Positions 6,848 to 16,238 of a DNA stretch of 40,000 nucleotides are shown one piece after another. The DNA lies in assembly GCF_003946085.1 (NCBI RefSeq), contig NZ_RHOB01000005.1, positions 17,716-57,715 of the forward strand, given 5' to 3'. This DNA is from Levilactobacillus angrenensis. GTDB lineage: Bacteria; Bacillota; Bacilli; Lactobacillales; Lactobacillaceae. The notes below the pieces were generated by a model. The model had not been told where the DNA came from, did not search any database, and was given only the letters and a program-made list of their open reading frames with translations. The first letter of the stretch is position 1. Each line of letters begins with the position of its first letter. Both the position numbers and the translations under genes were made by a program.

Positions 6848-7773
6848 TATGCTGCACCTCCCCATGGAGCCGGTTCAGCGGCTGGGCGCGTGCCATCCTT
6901 GTGTACGATAATTGTCGTTGGATGCGCTGCCACATAGGCCGTGACTGCATCCGCATCATCATCGGCATAGACGGTAGTCACGCCTAGCACGCTGGCCCCA
7001 TCAACGCTTAAATTACCCGGGTCGAAGTCAACCTTGCTACCCTTGCCTGCTTCGCTCACCGTGACTACATGATTCTCATCGGCAGGCGTGATAACCTGCT
7101 TGTCCACAGTGATAGTGCCGTCGGTATTATCCCGCACATAAGCCCCATCAGCTGTCTCTCGGGCTACGTAAGGACTCCCATTGGCATTGGTCGGGTCTTT
7201 CAAGAACTTCCACAGAGCCGCAATCTCAGCATCCTTATCTGAATACATCAGTGTAGCTGGCAGGATTACTTTGTGGGCTTCAATCGCCTTATCCACGTAT
7301 TCCTTGGTTGCCATCCCGGCTGGGTTGATAGTCACCTCGACATTCTCGGCCTTGCCGACAATCATGTAGACGATCATGCCGAACTGCATCAAAACTTTAT
7401 CGTTAAAGTCCGGAATAAACTCCGGCTTAATGGCCTTGACCACGGCATAGAGAACTTCTGACTTACTGTCACCGGTCTCAGTAGCATACAGGCCAACCGC
7501 ACCGATTGAATAGCTCTCAGTAAGTCCTGAATTTTCAAACGTGACGTCAGTCCCCACAATGGCGCCGTTGCCATCAGGAGAACTCAGCCGGTCGTTGATG
7601 GTACCTGTTTGCACCTCATTTGGTAGTGCCGTCAACTCAGTCACATCCACATCCGACAAGTCATCAGCTGTGGAAGCTACCCGGGTAATCGTAAAGCTAG
7701 TCTTTCCGTTGGCTGCCAAACTAGATAGCCGCAACCCTTCATTCGTTAACTCAGACGCATCATACTTACTCAT
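6847..7773 (-). CDS. Tail fibre protein with a P2 gpH-like N-terminal (tail-collar fibre, DUF3751-like) domain
   Basis: LTNEGLRLSSLAANGK..FTITRVA...LPNEVQ...IGAVGLYA...EVTINPAGMATKEYVDKAIEAH parallels the P2 gpH N-terminus (…TIDTTTVMATQDYVDDKIAEH). Confidence 0.8.
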   Translation of the reverse strand: MSKYDASELTNEGLRLSSLAANGKTSFTITRVASTADDLSDVDVTELTALPNEVQTGTINDRLSSPDGNGAIVGTDVTFENSGLTESYSIGAVGLYATETGDSKSEVLYAVVKAIKPEFIPDFNDKVLMQFGMIVYMIVGKAENVEVTINPAGMATKEYVDKAIEAHKVILPATLMYSDKDAEIAALWKFLKDPTNANGSPYVARETADGAYVRDNTDGTITVDKQVITPADENHVVTVSEAGKGSKVDFDPGNLSVDGASVLGVTTVYADDDADAVTAYVAAHPTTIIVHKDGTRPAAEPAPWGGAA

Positions 7774-8399
7774 CGATTCTCATCCCCTCCCTTAATTTTT
7801 GCTCTTACATAAATCTGTGGTTTAATTGCTCCAAAGTACTGCAGTTGCTGCACCACTGCGGTTCGCCGCGTCTTTGGCATAATCGTCGCCTTAGTATAGG
7901 TCTGCGTCAGACTACCAATAAACACGGCCTGTTCCACCGATACATTAGATTCAGTAGTAATCTGATACGTCTGGTCCGCCGGCAGCATTACGTTCAGCAA
8001 ATACCGCAGTCGCTTGACTTGCTCCGGGGTGATTTCGTCGGCCTGACTCATCGTCGTCACATGGCTGCGAATGGCATCCTGGTCTACTGTGGCCGGAATA
8101 TCCATCGACGCTAGTAGCTCCCGAAAATACCAAATCGTGATTGGCCGCGGGGGCAGCAAGCGCACCATGATATCGTAGCGACGCGACTCTAGCGACTGGC
8201 TTAAATCCGTTGGCAACCCTAGTTGATTCTCGAAAATGCTGAGTCCATCGCTGTCAGCGGTGCTGACAAACTGGTTCAGTAAGATTCGAGTAGCCATATC
8301 ATCGAAGCTGTCAGCCTGTTTCTGTTCCGCTTCCATCAACCGTTGCATCTCACGGACACCATCGTAGTAATCCGGCAGGTAATCTTTTAGCTTAACCAT
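7770..8399 (-). CDS. Baseplate/tail protein, XkdU/YmfQ-like (DUF2313)
   Basis: LKDYLPDYYDGVREMQRLMEAEQ...LSIFENQLGL is the typical DUF2313 N-terminus. The start at MVKLKDY overlaps the upstream stop (ATGGTTAA). Confidence 0.8.
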   Translation of the reverse strand: MVKLKDYLPDYYDGVREMQRLMEAEQKQADSFDDMATRILLNQFVSTADSDGLSIFENQLGLPTDLSQSLESRRYDIMVRLLPPRPITIWYFRELLASMDIPATVDQDAIRSHVTTMSQADEITPEQVKRLRYLLNVMLPADQTYQITTESNVSVEQAVFIGSLTQTYTKATIMPKTRRTAVVQQLQYFGAIKPQIYVRAKIKGGDENR

Positions 8400-9540
8400 G
8401 AAGCACCACCTCACCAACCACCGGAAGCTCGGAAACTTCGCCGCTGAAAGTCATCACTACATCACTCTCGGCCCCGTTCAGAGTTGGGAGAGTGGCGTTA
8501 ATCACACCCTCGATTCGCATAATCTCCGAAAGAATCTGCGAACGGTATACCGTCAGCGAATAGCCCCGGCCGGTCACCTTGTCAACATCATCCCAAGCTT
8601 CACGCCGCTTGGCGAAGTAAGACTCAATGCCAGCTTTAATCTGGGCTTCGACGCTTGATACAGTAGCTTGCGAGTCCGTCGTTACCGTTGACTCAATATC
8701 AATTTGGACCTCTGTGGGAGCCACCACAGTGACCGCATGGCCGACTGGAGCCAGACCATAGCCTTGGCCCTCAAACTCGATTGGATCAATAGTTTTCTTG
8801 ACCTGGCCAATTAGTGAAGTGCTCGCCGCCCGAAGCTCATTGTTTACAATGACTAGCTTGACCGTGCCGCCACCTTGCCAAGTCGGATAGACTTGACCGG
8901 CCCCCACATCACTAATCTTAGACAGCATATCCAAGTAATCCGCAACGTTGCCGCCGTACGCGTTGTAAGCATCCGGTGATAGCAGCCGCTCCCGTAAGTG
9001 GTCATCGGTCTCGCTATCCTTGGCAGGTACCGTCACAGCGATAATCTCGGCCCAACTCAGGGCGTCGTTCGGCGTCACCGGCAGGATTTGACCTAGATAC
9101 CCGTTAGCCGTGGTCCCGACCTCATCAGCTGTCAGAATAGCCGTCTGGTCATCGTTGACGCTGGTGACGTGGTAGAAAATGGGTTCCTCACCCACGCTAG
9201 CGAATTGATCACCCAACTCCACATTACCAATCGCCGCCCCATTACTATCCAAAAACTTTGCTAGTACTTGCGCTGTGGTGGCAGCCTGCCGGACTGTCCC
9301 ACGTTCCGGAGCCCGATAGTCCAGGAACTCACCCGGAGCAGTCTTCGTATAGGCCGCCCGAACCACAGTTGCCATTTGTAGCGACTCTTCAGCTAGTTGG
9401 GTAGCTGCGGGGCCCAATGCATCATAGATGATAGAGCCTTGTCGCTTATCCACGTCATCACTCACATCATCCAGCATGGAGTCCATAAAGTAATCGAAGT
9501 CATGTGACTCCAATTCTTGCGCCAGTAATTCAGGATTCAC
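8392..9540 (-). CDS. Baseplate J-like protein (XkdT-like)
   Basis: DYFMDSMLDDVSDDVDKRQGSIIYDALGPAATQLAE is a Baseplate_J-type N-terminus. GTG start with GAGGTGA 6 nt upstream. Confidence 0.85.
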   Translation of the reverse strand: MNPELLAQELESHDFDYFMDSMLDDVSDDVDKRQGSIIYDALGPAATQLAEESLQMATVVRAAYTKTAPGEFLDYRAPERGTVRQAATTAQVLAKFLDSNGAAIGNVELGDQFASVGEEPIFYHVTSVNDDQTAILTADEVGTTANGYLGQILPVTPNDALSWAEIIAVTVPAKDSETDDHLRERLLSPDAYNAYGGNVADYLDMLSKISDVGAGQVYPTWQGGGTVKLVIVNNELRAASTSLIGQVKKTIDPIEFEGQGYGLAPVGHAVTVVAPTEVQIDIESTVTTDSQATVSSVEAQIKAGIESYFAKRREAWDDVDKVTGRGYSLTVYRSQILSEIMRIEGVINATLPTLNGAESDVVMTFSGEVSELPVVGEVVLHG

Positions 9541-9970
9541 TCAGTGTCACCTCGCTTTCAATGGGGATAGTGCCGAAGATGGTCTCACAGGAGCCAGTAA
9601 CCTTCAGTGTGGTCGAATCCACCCGTTCGGTCTCATCAATCGACACGTCGGTGACCCGGTCATCGGCTTCTAGCGCTTCAGTAAGCATCCGGTCAACTTC
9701 TACTTCAGCATAATCGAAGTCCTTGCCAATCAGCTCGTTCAAGTCGTTGCCATACTGGTCATCGTAAATCGGGTAGACAAAACGTTCTGTTCGGAGAATC
9801 TTATCCACAGCTTGAACCATAGCCGCCTGGCCGTCCGTCATCGCAATGATTCGACCGTTCTGCATCCGATAGGTCCGGCTGGGGAGCGTCTCTTCTTCCA
9901 CTTCGTCCTCAACCTCATCGACCACATCATCGGTCTCGACTTCTTCCAATTCATCATCCATCTTCGTCAC
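9530..9970 (-). CDS. Baseplate protein, XkdS-like (DUF2634)
   Basis: Acidic N-terminus, then RTYRMQNGRI...AMVQAVDKILRTERFVYPIYDDQYGNDL. Synteny supports the call. Confidence 0.75.
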   Translation of the reverse strand: MTKMDDELEEVETDDVVDEVEDEVEEETLPSRTYRMQNGRIIAMTDGQAAMVQAVDKILRTERFVYPIYDDQYGNDLNELIGKDFDYAEVEVDRMLTEALEADDRVTDVSIDETERVDSTTLKVTGSCETIFGTIPIESEVTLSES

Positions 9971-10274
9971 CTCCCGTCTTTTCTAGTACATAAAATTGCT
10001 GGCCCCCATCTTGGCGGATCATAGTGACCCCATCGCCCTTCTTTAGAGCGCCCAAGATAGTGACCGTTGTTTCCTTGCCATCAATCTTCATCTTCACCTT
10101 GTGGTCGGTAACCGACTCACTGAGATTCAGAAAGGCTTCAGTGAGCGTCATCTGGTTAGAAATCTGAATAGCTAGCGGCGACTCCGATACCACAGTTCCA
10201 AAAACGATATCCGAATACTCACTATCGTGGCCACCACGGTCGGCCCACCACTCAAGCATGGTTTCTCCCGCCAT
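9954..10274 (-). CDS. Baseplate protein, XkdR-like (DUF2577)
   Basis: IVFGTVVSESPLAIQISNQMTLTEAFL pattern. The ATG overlaps the upstream TGA. Confidence 0.7.
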   Translation of the reverse strand: MAGETMLEWWADRGGHDSEYSDIVFGTVVSESPLAIQISNQMTLTEAFLNLSESVTDHKVKMKIDGKETTVTILGALKKGDGVTMIRQDGGQQFYVLEKTGGDEDG

Positions 10275-11326
10275 CAAATACGCACCTTCATTTCTAATTC
10301 AGCTGTATGACTGGTCGTTCCGAAAGTATGGGTAGCCTTGGTAATCAACAGATACTTGTTACCCAGTCCAATGTCTTTCAAGCTCTTCACTTTCACCATC
10401 GCCTGGTTGCCGGGGACCATAGAGAGTGTAGCCAACGTTGTCAGTTTAAGCGTATAGGTTTGTTTATTCTTAGACTTCAGAATATCCTTGGCCTTCTGCT
10501 TCATCTGCGCGGCGTTGGCCTTGTCCTTGGCCTTCTCGACAATCTGCAACTTTCCCCAACGGTCAACCGAATTCCCGGCGGCCGTGACTGTCTTTAACTT
10601 GGTGTTAGCCACCTCAGCAGCCTTCTTCTGAGCTGCGGTCTGCTTCTTGGCCTTAGCTGTGGACGAAGACTTCTGTTTCTTCTTTTTGTCGGTCCGGACC
10701 ACCCGAACCACGTTGGCTGCCTCATCAATACTTTTCGTAAAAGAAAAGCCGGTCAGCTGCGACCGGTCACCAATCACATTTTTCAGTTTCTTGTACGGTG
10801 ACCGTCTTAGCTCTACCACACCGTAGTTATCGTGCAGAAAGTATCGGTGACCCGTAGCTAACCGTGTGGACTTAAAGGATGCCTTGAGCATATCAAAGTA
10901 GCTCTTACTGTCAGCCACCTCAGCCACCAGCTTGTGAGTCGACTTATCCACAACCTTATGCTTGACACCAGCCAATTTAGCTACCTTAGTGAAGCGCTGC
11001 GAGATGGTAGACACCGGCCAGATAAGTGAGTCCTGATTTTTAAAATACCGCAGGCTGTCGTAAGCCGTAACGTTAAAGACTTCGGACTCATCATAATCCA
11101 CCTTAAAGACCTTCCCTTTAAAGACGTGGTCGTGATCCCAGTTGAACCAAATTACATCGCCGTTTTTCGGCGTATAGCCCTCATCGACTTCAACCAGGCC
11201 GAAAGTCAGCTGTCCGGCCGAGAAATCAATGTCAGTCGTCCACTTGATATCGGTCTTCAAGATCTCCCGCAGGTCCCACTTAGTCTTCTCGCCAGGGGTC
11301 TGTGACTGGAAAAATGTTACTGTCAT
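10274..11326 (-). CDS. Baseplate hub / late-control-D-like protein (XkdQ-like) with a lysine-rich insertion
   Basis: Size and synteny between the XkdP-like and XkdR-like genes. It has an internal KKKKQKSSSTAKAKKQTAAQKKAAE low-complexity segment. Confidence 0.6.
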   Translation of the reverse strand: MTVTFFQSQTPGEKTKWDLREILKTDIKWTTDIDFSAGQLTFGLVEVDEGYTPKNGDVIWFNWDHDHVFKGKVFKVDYDESEVFNVTAYDSLRYFKNQDSLIWPVSTISQRFTKVAKLAGVKHKVVDKSTHKLVAEVADSKSYFDMLKASFKSTRLATGHRYFLHDNYGVVELRRSPYKKLKNVIGDRSQLTGFSFTKSIDEAANVVRVVRTDKKKKQKSSSTAKAKKQTAAQKKAAEVANTKLKTVTAAGNSVDRWGKLQIVEKAKDKANAAQMKQKAKDILKSKNKQTYTLKLTTLATLSMVPGNQAMVKVKSLKDIGLGNKYLLITKATHTFGTTSHTAELEMKVRI

Positions 11327-11327
11327 A

Positions 11328-12026
11328 TCACACCGCCTTTACTGCCGACTTGGACACCCATCCCCGAGCCCCACCACTAAGTGTAGTGACGTGGTACGGG
11401 TACTTGCCACCCTTGGCAATCAGCGAAATCTTACGAGTAGCATTGCGCTCGGTCAGGCCGGGACCTGAACCAGCAGAACTAGCATGCAGCCGGCCGTTCA
11501 CAATCACTTTAGAACCCCGACCAATCTTACTTGGTGGGGCCGACCGGGACTTGCCTTTCTTGGCGACCTTCTTCTTTTTCTTCTTAGAAGTTTTGACCTT
11601 CTTGGCCTTGTGAGGCTTACTCTCGGTTAGCTTGAAGGTATAGGTGTACTCATCGGCGTTACCGCCCGTCATCCCGTATTGAAAGTCAGTCATGATACCT
11701 TTGAAACTAATCTTGGTCTTAGTAACAACCAGACGTACTTGCTTCTTAGATTTATAAATCTTCAAAAGCTTATCCAAGTATGTTTGCCCTTTGGCATAAG
11801 GCTTCGAAATACTGCGATAGTGAACTTGTTTTGGTTTGACCGGAATGGTACTAGTAATCTCAATGGTCTTGAGCTTTTCGTCGCCGATAAGGTTAATCTG
11901 ACCGAGCTTAATCACCGATACGGTCTTATCATCCGTACCATAATCCAACTGAATTTCTTTGGGGTTAACCGGCAACGCAAACGTTTTGTTCTTGTTGTTA
12001 GTTAACTTAAACTGCATCCCCGCCAC
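11328..12026 (-). CDS. Tail protein, XkdP position, with a basic linker and a C-terminal SH3-like/cell-wall-binding domain
   Basis: Immediately downstream of the tape measure gene. The C-terminus is GSKVIVNGRLHASS...YPYHVTTLSGGARGWVSKSAVKAV. Confidence 0.5.
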   Translation of the reverse strand: MAGMQFKLTNNKNKTFALPVNPKEIQLDYGTDDKTVSVIKLGQINLIGDEKLKTIEITSTIPVKPKQVHYRSISKPYAKGQTYLDKLLKIYKSKKQVRLVVTKTKISFKGIMTDFQYGMTGGNADEYTYTFKLTESKPHKAKKVKTSKKKKKKVAKKGKSRSAPPSKIGRGSKVIVNGRLHASSAGSGPGLTERNATRKISLIAKGGKYPYHVTTLSGGARGWVSKSAVKAV

Positions 12027-12029
12027 TAG

Positions 12030-15000
12030 CTATCCCCTCCGTTCCTTTAGTCCAATCAGGTACGTCTCAATCTTTGAAACCATCGTTTCCGCATCGTAGT
12101 CTGCGTTACCGGAACTTTGGAGTACAAATGCCCCGGGTTGAATTGTGATACTATTACCGGTTCGCTCAGAGCTATTGGCGTCTGAATAGTTGTTAACCGT
12201 GGAATAACCACCGCCGTTACTACCGAAAGAAGTGCTCTGGGGCACATTTCCAGTGCCACTACCACTCAGACGGCCATTCACATCCACAGCCGTGCCGTTG
12301 ATACCTCGCATTGCAGAAGTGAGACTACCAACCGCTGTGGCCGCGTTATTGAAGCCACTAGCTAAGAGATTGCCAGGATTGGCATTAGGCATGTGGTTTA
12401 AGGAATCCATAGCACCGATTGCTTGTTGAGCCATTGCTCCAGTTGCACGACTAGCCAACTGGGAACTACCTGTAATTCCATTCGCAAATCCTTGCACTAA
12501 ATAACCACCAATTTCAGCGAAAACCGTTGACGGTGAGTGGATGCCTAAAGCACCTTTAGCTGCGCCAACAACCTTACTTGCAACGCTTGCCACGGCGCTA
12601 ACCGCTGACCCAATCATCGACTTAATCCCGTTAACCAGTCCTTGAATCAAGTTGACACCGGCGCTAAACAGCGCACCGGCAAAACTTTGTGCTGCATTCA
12701 CAGCTTGTTGCATACCGCCCCGCACTGCTGAGACGACGTTTGCCATACCAGAGGTTACACCACTCACAAGCCGGGCAACGCCGCTGATGAATGCCGAAAC
12801 CATCGCTGAAACCGCCGAAGTCACTGATCGTAATCCAGCGGCGACAACCATCAATCCGGCACCAGCAACGGCAAGCCCCGCCCCGAGTGCGATAGAAGCT
12901 GCACCCAGTAGTAGAGCACCAGCTGCGGCTACCATCATGAGTGGCGCTGCGATAACCAGCGCTAGTGCAAAAATCATCATACCGGCACCGGCAATCATTG
13001 CGACAGCCGCCACAACAACCATAGCGGTACCCATCAGTAGCATCCCCACAGCCGCAATCATCGTTGACGCGGCAATAAGTGGTAAGGCAACTGCCAAAAT
13101 CATCATGCCTACCGCCGCGATTGTGACGCCTACAGCAACAACCATCATGGCTACCCCGAATAAGAGCGCTCCGACCGCGGCTACCATAAAACCAACACCA
13201 GCCACGGCAAGGCCAACACCTAGCAGTAGTAATCCAGCCGCTGCAATGATGGATAACGCACCAAACACCGCCAGCGCGCCACCCAACAATACGATGTTAA
13301 GGGCCGCCATAGCACCCGATTCGGCAATCGTAGGTAGCTGTGTAGCTAACAGGGCGATCCCTGCTGAGGCAATCAACGTAGCCACACCAATGAGAATCAA
13401 AGCAGCACCAAAAATCCCAAAACCAATCGCGCCAGCAATCATGGCCGGTCCCAAAGCTGTAACTACAGCAGCTAGGACTCCAATGCCAACAACCATCCCC
13501 GCAAATACAGCTACAGCGGGCCAACCAGCACTAACCAGTGAGGTAACCGCCTCGGACATCATCCACAGACCGGCACCGGTCAGGGCAACCGCAGCACCGA
13601 CAAGCAACAATGACACGCCTAGCTTGATGAATCCCGTAGCGGCGGCTGTGGATGACTTAGCGGCACTGGCAAGTCCGCCGCCCTTGCCAAGGCCACCGAG
13701 AGAGTGACCGATGCCACTAATAATGCCACTCACGTTTTTAACTGCTTTGAAAGCCAAGACTGCCGTCGCCAGAAGTCCAATTCCCATAGCAATCGCATTT
13801 AAAACTCCAGGGTTCAACTTGCTTAGCATCGTCAGTGCCACCACAATACCTGTTAAAACTAAGCCCTTGGTGCTCATCTTGAGTGCGATAAACGCCGCAG
13901 CCAGAACTTTGATTGCTGTGGGGTCCAAACTTCCAGCTACATCAGCAACCGCCTTTAAGCCGTTAGCCAGTCCTTTAATGACACTACCGCTAATACTCCC
14001 CAAAGTCTTAAACATGGCAAAAGGATCTTTACCCCCGCCGCTAGACAGCTTACCCATTACGTCTCCAAAGGCTTTACCAATACTGCTTAAGGCTGAACCA
14101 ACCGAGCTTAAGGCTCCTGTCTTCCCTAACGAAGAAAAGAAGGCTCCAACTGCTTGTCCCGCAGTCTTGACAGCATTTACAACGCCTTGAACTACCGGAA
14201 CTAGTTTCGTCCCGATAGCGTCAAAGTTTACATTACCAAGACTATCGGTAAAACTGCTAATCGCCTTGATACCAACCTTGCTGACTTGGTCAAAGGCTGG
14301 TTGCAGACGGTTAGCGACTGTTTCTTTTAAACCATCCATCGCCTGCCCCACAGTCTTATACTGCGTGGCCATCTTTGAGAACTGTTTGTTGGTCCCTGTC
14401 TTGGCGATGGCAGCGAAGAAATCTTGGGTCTTGACTTTACCATCTTGAACGTCTTTAACCAGCTGTCCGGTACTTCGATGCATGGTCTTAGCAACCTGTG
14501 ACATCCCGGCCGGCGTTTGTTCAAGCATCAACTTAAAGTCTTGCCACTGAATTTTGGGCTTAGCTGCAGCCTGTGTGGCCTGTTGGCTAAGCGTCTTCAT
14601 GGCCTGCTGTGGATCAGAAGAAGCCGCAGCCAAACCACCGAAGCCCTTGACTAACTTATCAGTCCCCTTGGTCCCTACGGCAGCTAGTTGGCTATATGTG
14701 GACGCCATATCGGATGCTGAGTAGATAGTATCTTGGGCAAATTTTTGTAGTCCACCACGCGTCTTAGCAATTTGTGCCGGACTCTTGCCCATCATGGCCA
14801 TGTTCCCATTAAAGGTCTGCCAAGCAGTACTAGACTCGTTCAGCTCTGACATCATACTGCCAACGCCACTGGTAATTACGCCGATGCCTTTAGTGATACC
14901 AGCACCAATGATATTGGCGCCCAACATCGACTTAAACATACCACCAGTCTTCCCGGCCCCAGCCGACAATTGATTCATCGCCGCAGAACCGCGGCCGACC

Positions 15001-15077
15001 CCTGCGCTTAATTTACTTAATGCCGCGCTAAACCCATCGTTAATTTTAATCGTGGCACTAACGACTTTGTCCGCCAT
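12030..15077 (-). CDS. Tail tape measure protein (1015 aa)
   Basis: Largest ORF, downstream of the chaperone pair. Helical N-terminal part, then a very long A/G/V/L/I/M-rich multi-TM-like core. AAAGGAGG lies upstream. Confidence 0.9.
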   Translation of the reverse strand: MADKVVSATIKINDGFSAALSKLSAGVGRGSAAMNQLSAGAGKTGGMFKSMLGANIIGAGITKGIGVITSGVGSMMSELNESSTAWQTFNGNMAMMGKSPAQIAKTRGGLQKFAQDTIYSASDMASTYSQLAAVGTKGTDKLVKGFGGLAAASSDPQQAMKTLSQQATQAAAKPKIQWQDFKLMLEQTPAGMSQVAKTMHRSTGQLVKDVQDGKVKTQDFFAAIAKTGTNKQFSKMATQYKTVGQAMDGLKETVANRLQPAFDQVSKVGIKAISSFTDSLGNVNFDAIGTKLVPVVQGVVNAVKTAGQAVGAFFSSLGKTGALSSVGSALSSIGKAFGDVMGKLSSGGGKDPFAMFKTLGSISGSVIKGLANGLKAVADVAGSLDPTAIKVLAAAFIALKMSTKGLVLTGIVVALTMLSKLNPGVLNAIAMGIGLLATAVLAFKAVKNVSGIISGIGHSLGGLGKGGGLASAAKSSTAAATGFIKLGVSLLLVGAAVALTGAGLWMMSEAVTSLVSAGWPAVAVFAGMVVGIGVLAAVVTALGPAMIAGAIGFGIFGAALILIGVATLIASAGIALLATQLPTIAESGAMAALNIVLLGGALAVFGALSIIAAAGLLLLGVGLAVAGVGFMVAAVGALLFGVAMMVVAVGVTIAAVGMMILAVALPLIAASTMIAAVGMLLMGTAMVVVAAVAMIAGAGMMIFALALVIAAPLMMVAAAGALLLGAASIALGAGLAVAGAGLMVVAAGLRSVTSAVSAMVSAFISGVARLVSGVTSGMANVVSAVRGGMQQAVNAAQSFAGALFSAGVNLIQGLVNGIKSMIGSAVSAVASVASKVVGAAKGALGIHSPSTVFAEIGGYLVQGFANGITGSSQLASRATGAMAQQAIGAMDSLNHMPNANPGNLLASGFNNAATAVGSLTSAMRGINGTAVDVNGRLSGSGTGNVPQSTSFGSNGGGYSTVNNYSDANSSERTGNSITIQPGAFVLQSSGNADYDAETMVSKIETYLIGLKERRG

Positions 15078-15113
15078 AGGCTACCTCCTTTCTAACCTGC
15101 GGAAAAGCCAAAT

Positions 15114-15715
15114 CTAATGCTTAGACCTAGCCTTTCGTTCAGCTCGTTTTCTTTCTTGTTCTTCCTCCTTGATGCGAATATCAATACCCGCAATCACAAC
15201 AGCCTTTTCTTTCCGTGAAAGTCCAGCCCATTGCTGGGGTGTCCAATGATATTCGTTCATAGAGAAGAAGTAGTACTTAAAATCATTGCCGTTGCCGGCC
15301 TCAATTAGTTTTTTACTGCTTCCACATCATCGTCTACAGAGGTATCAAAACCGTTGATTGCGTTGAATTTCTTAGCCAGCGTAGCAAATTCACTCATCTT
15401 TAGCATGGCTTTCAATGTTCCCAGGCTATCGCCTAAAGTGCCATAGGCCGTTTGAAGTTCCTTGTTGTCCAAATCCGGTTGAACAATCCCAGCAACCAGC
15501 ATCAACTCACCAGCCAACGACTGGTCAATCGTTGATTCCACTTGACCGTTCTTAGGGTTACGTTGCTTCTTGGTAGCTTGCTTCCGAAGACGTTCTCCTT
15601 CCGAAATGCTAAGTTCTCGTAAAATAAATGGCGTTGGGAAACGGTCCAGCTTTACCTCAGCTGTTTCTTCCTCGTTCTTTTGAATAAAATCTTGAATGCT
15701 TACTTGATCAGCCAT
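15114..15715 (-). CDS. Tail assembly chaperone, -1 frameshift fusion product (G-T type)
   Basis: A -1 slip at A_AAA_AAC (15308-15314) joins the XkdN-like ORF to an otherwise start-less 66-codon frame (KKLIEAGNGNDFKYYFFSMNEYHWTPQQWAGLSRKEK...RSKH) that ends at the TAG at 15114-15116. Confidence 0.65.
15305..15715 (-). CDS. Tail assembly chaperone (XkdN-like)
   Basis: 136 aa, between the tube and tape measure genes. Acidic C-terminus, with a frameshift site at its end. Confidence 0.75.
   Translation of the reverse strand: MADQVSIQDFIQKNEEETAEVKLDRFPTPFILRELSISEGERLRKQATKKQRNPKNGQVESTIDQSLAGELMLVAGIVQPDLDNKELQTAYGTLGDSLGTLKAMLKMSEFATLAKKFNAINGFDTSVDDDVEAVKN
15308..15314 (-). promoter_or_regulatory. 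Slippery heptamer A_AAA_AAC for the chaperone -1 programmed frameshift
   Basis: The zero frame reads GTA AAA AAC TAA. This is a canonical X_XXY_YYZ heptamer located at the last codons of the chaperone gene. Confidence 0.6.
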
Positions 15716-15732
15716 GCTAAATTCCTCCTAAA

Positions 15733-16221
15733 TTAAATATCGAAGCCAGTAAATGGCTCTACCAGTTCAACATCTTCAAACGTAAAGTCTGATTCCCACT
15801 GCATCACATCATCATCGGCTTCAAAGTCAGCAAATGGTACATCATCCAGGTTCACCCCAGAGAAATGCAGCGTCTGCTTGCCGGCCTTCGAAGTCGAATC
15901 TTCGATGGTCAATGTGACTTCAAAGTACAAGTCCTTGCCGCCGCGAATGTAAGGCAGGGCGTACTTGGCCCAATTGGACGTAATCAGGTAGCCGCCCAAT
16001 GTCCCGGTTCCTTCCACGCTAGTAACCTTTTTGTGTTTCCAGCGGCTTCCCAGCGTTTGTACGTCTTCTTTGTTCTTTTCCAGCTTAGCGCTAAACTTGT
16101 TAGCTTCAATCATCGGTAACACTTTACCGTTGATTGTCACGAAAACCTTGGCGTCCTTCGTGCTGATGGTATCCCGGCCATTCAGGAATTGGCCTACGGT
16201 AGATACTTGTTCGTTATCCAT
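15733..16221 (-). CDS. Tail tube protein (XkdM-like)
   Basis: 162 aa directly after the sheath gene. FLNGRDTISTKDAKVFVTINGK...EANKFSAKLEKNKEDVQTLG pattern. Confidence 0.85.
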   Translation of the reverse strand: MDNEQVSTVGQFLNGRDTISTKDAKVFVTINGKVLPMIEANKFSAKLEKNKEDVQTLGSRWKHKKVTSVEGTGTLGGYLITSNWAKYALPYIRGGKDLYFEVTLTIEDSTSKAGKQTLHFSGVNLDDVPFADFEADDDVMQWESDFTFEDVELVEPFTGFDI

Positions 16222-16238
16222 TTATCACTCGCCCCTTT

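Noticed and set aside
4604-7773. A diversity-generating retroelement or an invertible (shufflon/Gin-type) fibre switch
   Set aside because: The window has no reverse transcriptase or recombinase ORF. There is no near-identical template/variable repeat pair. All four cassettes are in the same orientation with diverged DNA.
11540-11600. Lysine-rich runs (KKKKKK) as possible slippery homopolymers
   Set aside because: At the DNA level they are mixed AAG/AAA codons with interruptions, not long homopolymers. They look like ordinary basic linkers.
12056-14973. Several long plus-strand ORFs antisense to the tape measure gene (for example 12652-13707, 351 aa; 13711-14190, 159 aa)
   Set aside because: They are low-complexity A/T/P/S-rich translations that mirror the Ala/Gly/Val-rich tape measure codons. 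They have no SD and sit inside a well-supported 1015-aa gene.
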